Of a stretch of DNA of 64,000 nt, positions 60,947 through 64,000 are shown piece by piece. Numbering within the stretch: position 1 is the stretch's first letter; each line of letters begins with the position of its first letter. The translations under genes and the position numbers were made by a program. Location of the stretch: the NCBI RefSeq assembly GCF_001194135.2, contig NC_068983.1, forward strand, positions 18,925,037 through 18,989,036. The letters run 5' to 3'. Source of the DNA: Octopus bimaculoides. Taxonomy: Eukaryota. The notes beneath the pieces are model-generated. The model made no database searches, was not told where the DNA came from, and saw only the letters and a list, made by a program, of their open reading frames with translations.

Positions 60947-62079
60947 CTTCATGTATGTCCACGCTTATTTTGAAAAATGCTATTCAGAACTACCTTTCTA
61001 TTAACTTTATTAAGATTAGTTGACGGAAAACATCAATTTTACTTTAAGTACTTCGTATCACAATAAACATGGTGTCGATCACTTTTTAGGATAAGGTGGG
61101 GGCCATAATTCGGCAAAGTGTTGAAAAAGGGATGACAATTTGGACAAGTTTGAGGACCAATGGGTATGTATGTTCCCTTGTATAAAATAAAACAAATTGA
61201 CATTGTGAGCAATTGACTGTCATTCTTAGCAACGGGGAGCACAAGTATTAACGTTACATCTTCCGTACCTCATAAACTCCATCAATTCTTTAAACATTCG
61301 AGAGAAATCTTGCCATACATACACTTTTGAAAATGTTATACTGTAATTTTTAAAAGAATAAGTATACTGAGTTTCTTTTATATCATATTCAGTAAAAATG
61401 AAGCTAGATATGACTATGGAATATGGAAACAAATTTTATACATATTTTATGGTTAATGTTACTTCCATTACGAAAGCGTGTTTGCTTATACATACACTAA
61501 AACAAACTATGATGTATTCCAGGACCGACAGATAACACTCCATTACGATTTAAGCGTCTCAACGTGAAGTTTCATTTGATTAAAAACGTTTGTTTGAAAA
61601 TATAATTTTATTCCTTTGAAGTGCTGAAAAATATTACAAAAATGTATTTTCTGGTAAGTTGAAAACAAAATTACATTGCAAAATTTCATTATTAGAATAA
61701 AATTTTTATAATATTCCATTGTAAATATGAAAGCATTTAGAAAGAAAATATGTGCAAGGAAAATCTAGAAAAGAAAATACAGACGTTTATCAGGAATGTG
61801 CGACATTATTGGTAATAAGTGAAACAACATGTTAGATTTATGGCAAAATAAATAAGAAAAAAAAAACTGTAAGTTGAATCCATAACACTATGGTGATTGT
61901 TATTGTTGTGTTATACGGTTTCTAGGGTGAGTTGAATCAAAAAACATTCGGAGGCAGCTGGAGGCATTATATATGCGGGTGTACAGGCAATGAAATAATT
62001 ACGAATTCGTTCAATGTGCTTCCTAATATGTTACCCAATCTATTAGAGTGATCTTACGAAGTTACATAAAGGTCCTATT

Positions 62080-62378
62080 CTTTCATTCGTTTATTCTTTT
62101 ACTTGTTTCACTCATTTGACTGTGACCATGCTGGAGCACCGCCTCGTAGAGTTTAGTCGAAGAAATTGCCCCCCAGGTCTTCTATCCGTCTCTTTCATCA
62201 ATACTGGTTATCAAGCGACGATGGGGACACAAACACATACACGCACACATATAGATATATATACACATATATATATATATATATATATATACCTATGCAT
62301 ATATATATTTACGACGGACTTCTTTCAGTTCCCGTCTACCAAATCCACTCACAGGGATTTGGTCGGACCGAGGCCATG
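62080..62378 (-). mobile_element. SINE family B copy, internally deleted and 5'-truncated
   Basis: CTTTTACTTGTTTCA..CATTTGACTGTGACCATGCTGGAGCACCGCC and CAAATCCACTCACA are reverse complements of family B segments. Confidence 0.9.
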
Positions 62379-62813
62379 GTAAATTGATTTTGACCAATTA
62401 TCAGTTAAATGGGAACCTCCATGCTGATATATCAGGAGACCGTCTTCAGCTTTGCAATAACGAAAGCATACAAACACACTCATAATTGTGAATGTATGTA
62501 TGTTTGTACGTAAGCATGTATGCATGTATGTATACATGCAAGTATGTACTNNNNNNNNNNNNNNNNNNNNNNNNNNNNNNNNNNNNNNNNNNNNNNNNNN
62601 NNNNNNNNNNNNNNNNNNNNNNNNNNNNNNNNNNNNNNNNNNNNNNNNNNNNNNNNNNNNNNNNNNNNNNNNNNNNNNNNNNNNNNNNNNNNNNNNNNNN
62701 NNNNNNNNNNNNNNNNNNNNNNNNNNNNNNNNNNNNNNNNNNNNNNNNNNNNNNNNNNNNNNNNNNNNNNNNNNNNNNNNNNNNNNNNNNNNNNNNNNNN
62801 NNNNNNNNNNNNN

Positions 62814-62856
<43 letters not shown>

Positions 62857-62874
62857 TATTTTGTAAATCTCTTT

Positions 62875-63146
62875 GTGGTAAGAAGGTAACTTCCCAACCA
62901 CATGGTTCCAGGTTCGTTTCCCCTGTGTGACATCGTTGGTTGCTGTCTTCTACTATATTCTCAGATCGATTAAATGTTTGTGGGTGATATGTTAGACGGA
63001 AACTGAATGTTTACAGGTATATATCTATGTGTGCGCATTTATTGTGTCTCTGCTTGCCCCTCACCGCTGCTTGACAACAGGTGTTGACGAGACTACGTCT
63101 CCGTAAATTAGCGGTTCGGCAAAAGTCACCTATAGAATAAGTAGAT
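62875..63146 (+). mobile_element. SINE family B, diverged and 3'-truncated
   Basis: GTGGTAAG..CCAACCACATGGTTCCAGGTTCG head, TAGACGGAAACTGAA, TTAGCGGTTCGGCAAAAG. Confidence 0.85.
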
Positions 63147-63199
63147 CTACTAGCTGTCATCAATAGAATCAGTCAGATCTACTAGGTGTCATCCAATGA

Positions 63200-63980
63200 G
63201 CTGAAAAGAATGATATGCTGCCAACCGGGCAAAAATTTGAGTTTGTCCACATCAGAGAAGAAAATATCGTGGAACTCCCATACACCCTTCCTTCAGATGA
63301 AACTCTTGTTGCTTCCAACAGGAGACTTGGGAGTAATTGTGGACAAAAACATAAGATGCCCCTCTCATATAAACAGCAGTTCTTCTCCCAGCCTTGAATA
63401 CTGCTCTCCACCGTGGTCTCCTCATACAAGAGTATTTTGAAGTTGAAGCACCTCAAAGGTCAATTAAAATAAAAGATAAATGGCATAACTGGCCTTGACA
63501 ATTTGGATCAACTAGAAAAGCCCAAGCTTCATTCTCTCCAACGACACCGTGAGCGCTACATCATCTGCCCGATGTCGAAAGTATTCTATCAGCATTGCCA
63601 AAATAATATTGGTATCACCTTTAAGATACACCCAAGACTTGGGCTCCGTAATATCCGCCAACGACATAAATCGTACTCGCATCACATAACAACAATACTG
63701 CACAATCCTTTAGTCTCAATCGGCCCCGCTTTCTTTAACATTACACCAAAGCACATTAAATCAGACACCGACGCCATACAGTTCAAGATGTCTTTGGACA
63801 AATTCCTTCAAGAAATCCCGGAGAAACCTCCTACACCCAGATATGTCATCGTAAACAATAATTCTCTTCTCGAGTGTGCCATGTTGTCCGATTCCTGATT
63901 TGAATGACTTAGTCAGGTTGTGCTATTATGATAGAATTGGTCTCGGCCAGTACAGGCCGAAACCTATCAAACTATCAAAG
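63200..63980 (+). mobile_element. CR1/L2-type LINE 3' end (decayed RT C-terminus + 3' UTR)
   Basis: DLGVIVDKN, LEYCSPPWSP, SLQRHRERYII, GPAFFNITP, FKMSLDKFL.EIP..P, NSLL; 3' hairpin 63939-63964 and (CTATCAAA)2 terminal repeat. Confidence 0.85.
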
Positions 63981-64000
63981 TTTATATACATATATATATA

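Noticed and set aside
61095-61135. Candidate 3' TIR of the hAT element (GTTGAAAAAGGGATG)
   Set aside because: Poor complementarity to the 5' end and no second ATCTAAAC target copy
1174-62930. Long ORFs containing X runs or MYVC/YIYI/HTHT/poly-amino-acid tracts
   Set aside because: Artefacts of N-gaps and di-, tri- and tetranucleotide microsatellites; not evidence of coding

Overview
AT-rich, microsatellite-dense eukaryotic (animal) genomic DNA from a short-read assembly. It has 19 N-gaps, most next to (TA)n or other simple repeats. The interspersed repeats resemble Octopus tRNA-derived SINE families, so the source is probably an octopus (inference, not verified by search). Almost every ORF in the track is a microsatellite or gap artefact, or a fragment of a decayed transposon. 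No intact, nameable host gene, rRNA, tRNA gene or CRISPR array was found. Identifiable content: about 19 copies or fragments of one SINE family (A) and 5 of a second (B); a decayed RTE-clade LINE; two decayed R4/Dong-type (RT + restriction-like endonuclease) LINEs, one ending in (TAA)20; a CR1-type LINE 3' end; two Penelope-like element (PLE) remnants with RT and/or GIY-YIG motifs; a decayed hAT Charlie/Buster transposase element and a Charlie-type MITE; and a 291-bp tandem duplication. The most notable structure is a ~0.6 kb insertion (45664-46282) bounded by a 15-bp direct repeat. Its two inverted arms each carry a degenerate minimal type-I hammerhead ribozyme, and the two damaged copies together reconstruct a complete fold. 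A variant hammerhead remnant lies in the PLE at 30.4 kb. One non-repetitive 175-codon ORF (23011-23538) and several orphan exon-like segments remain unexplained.
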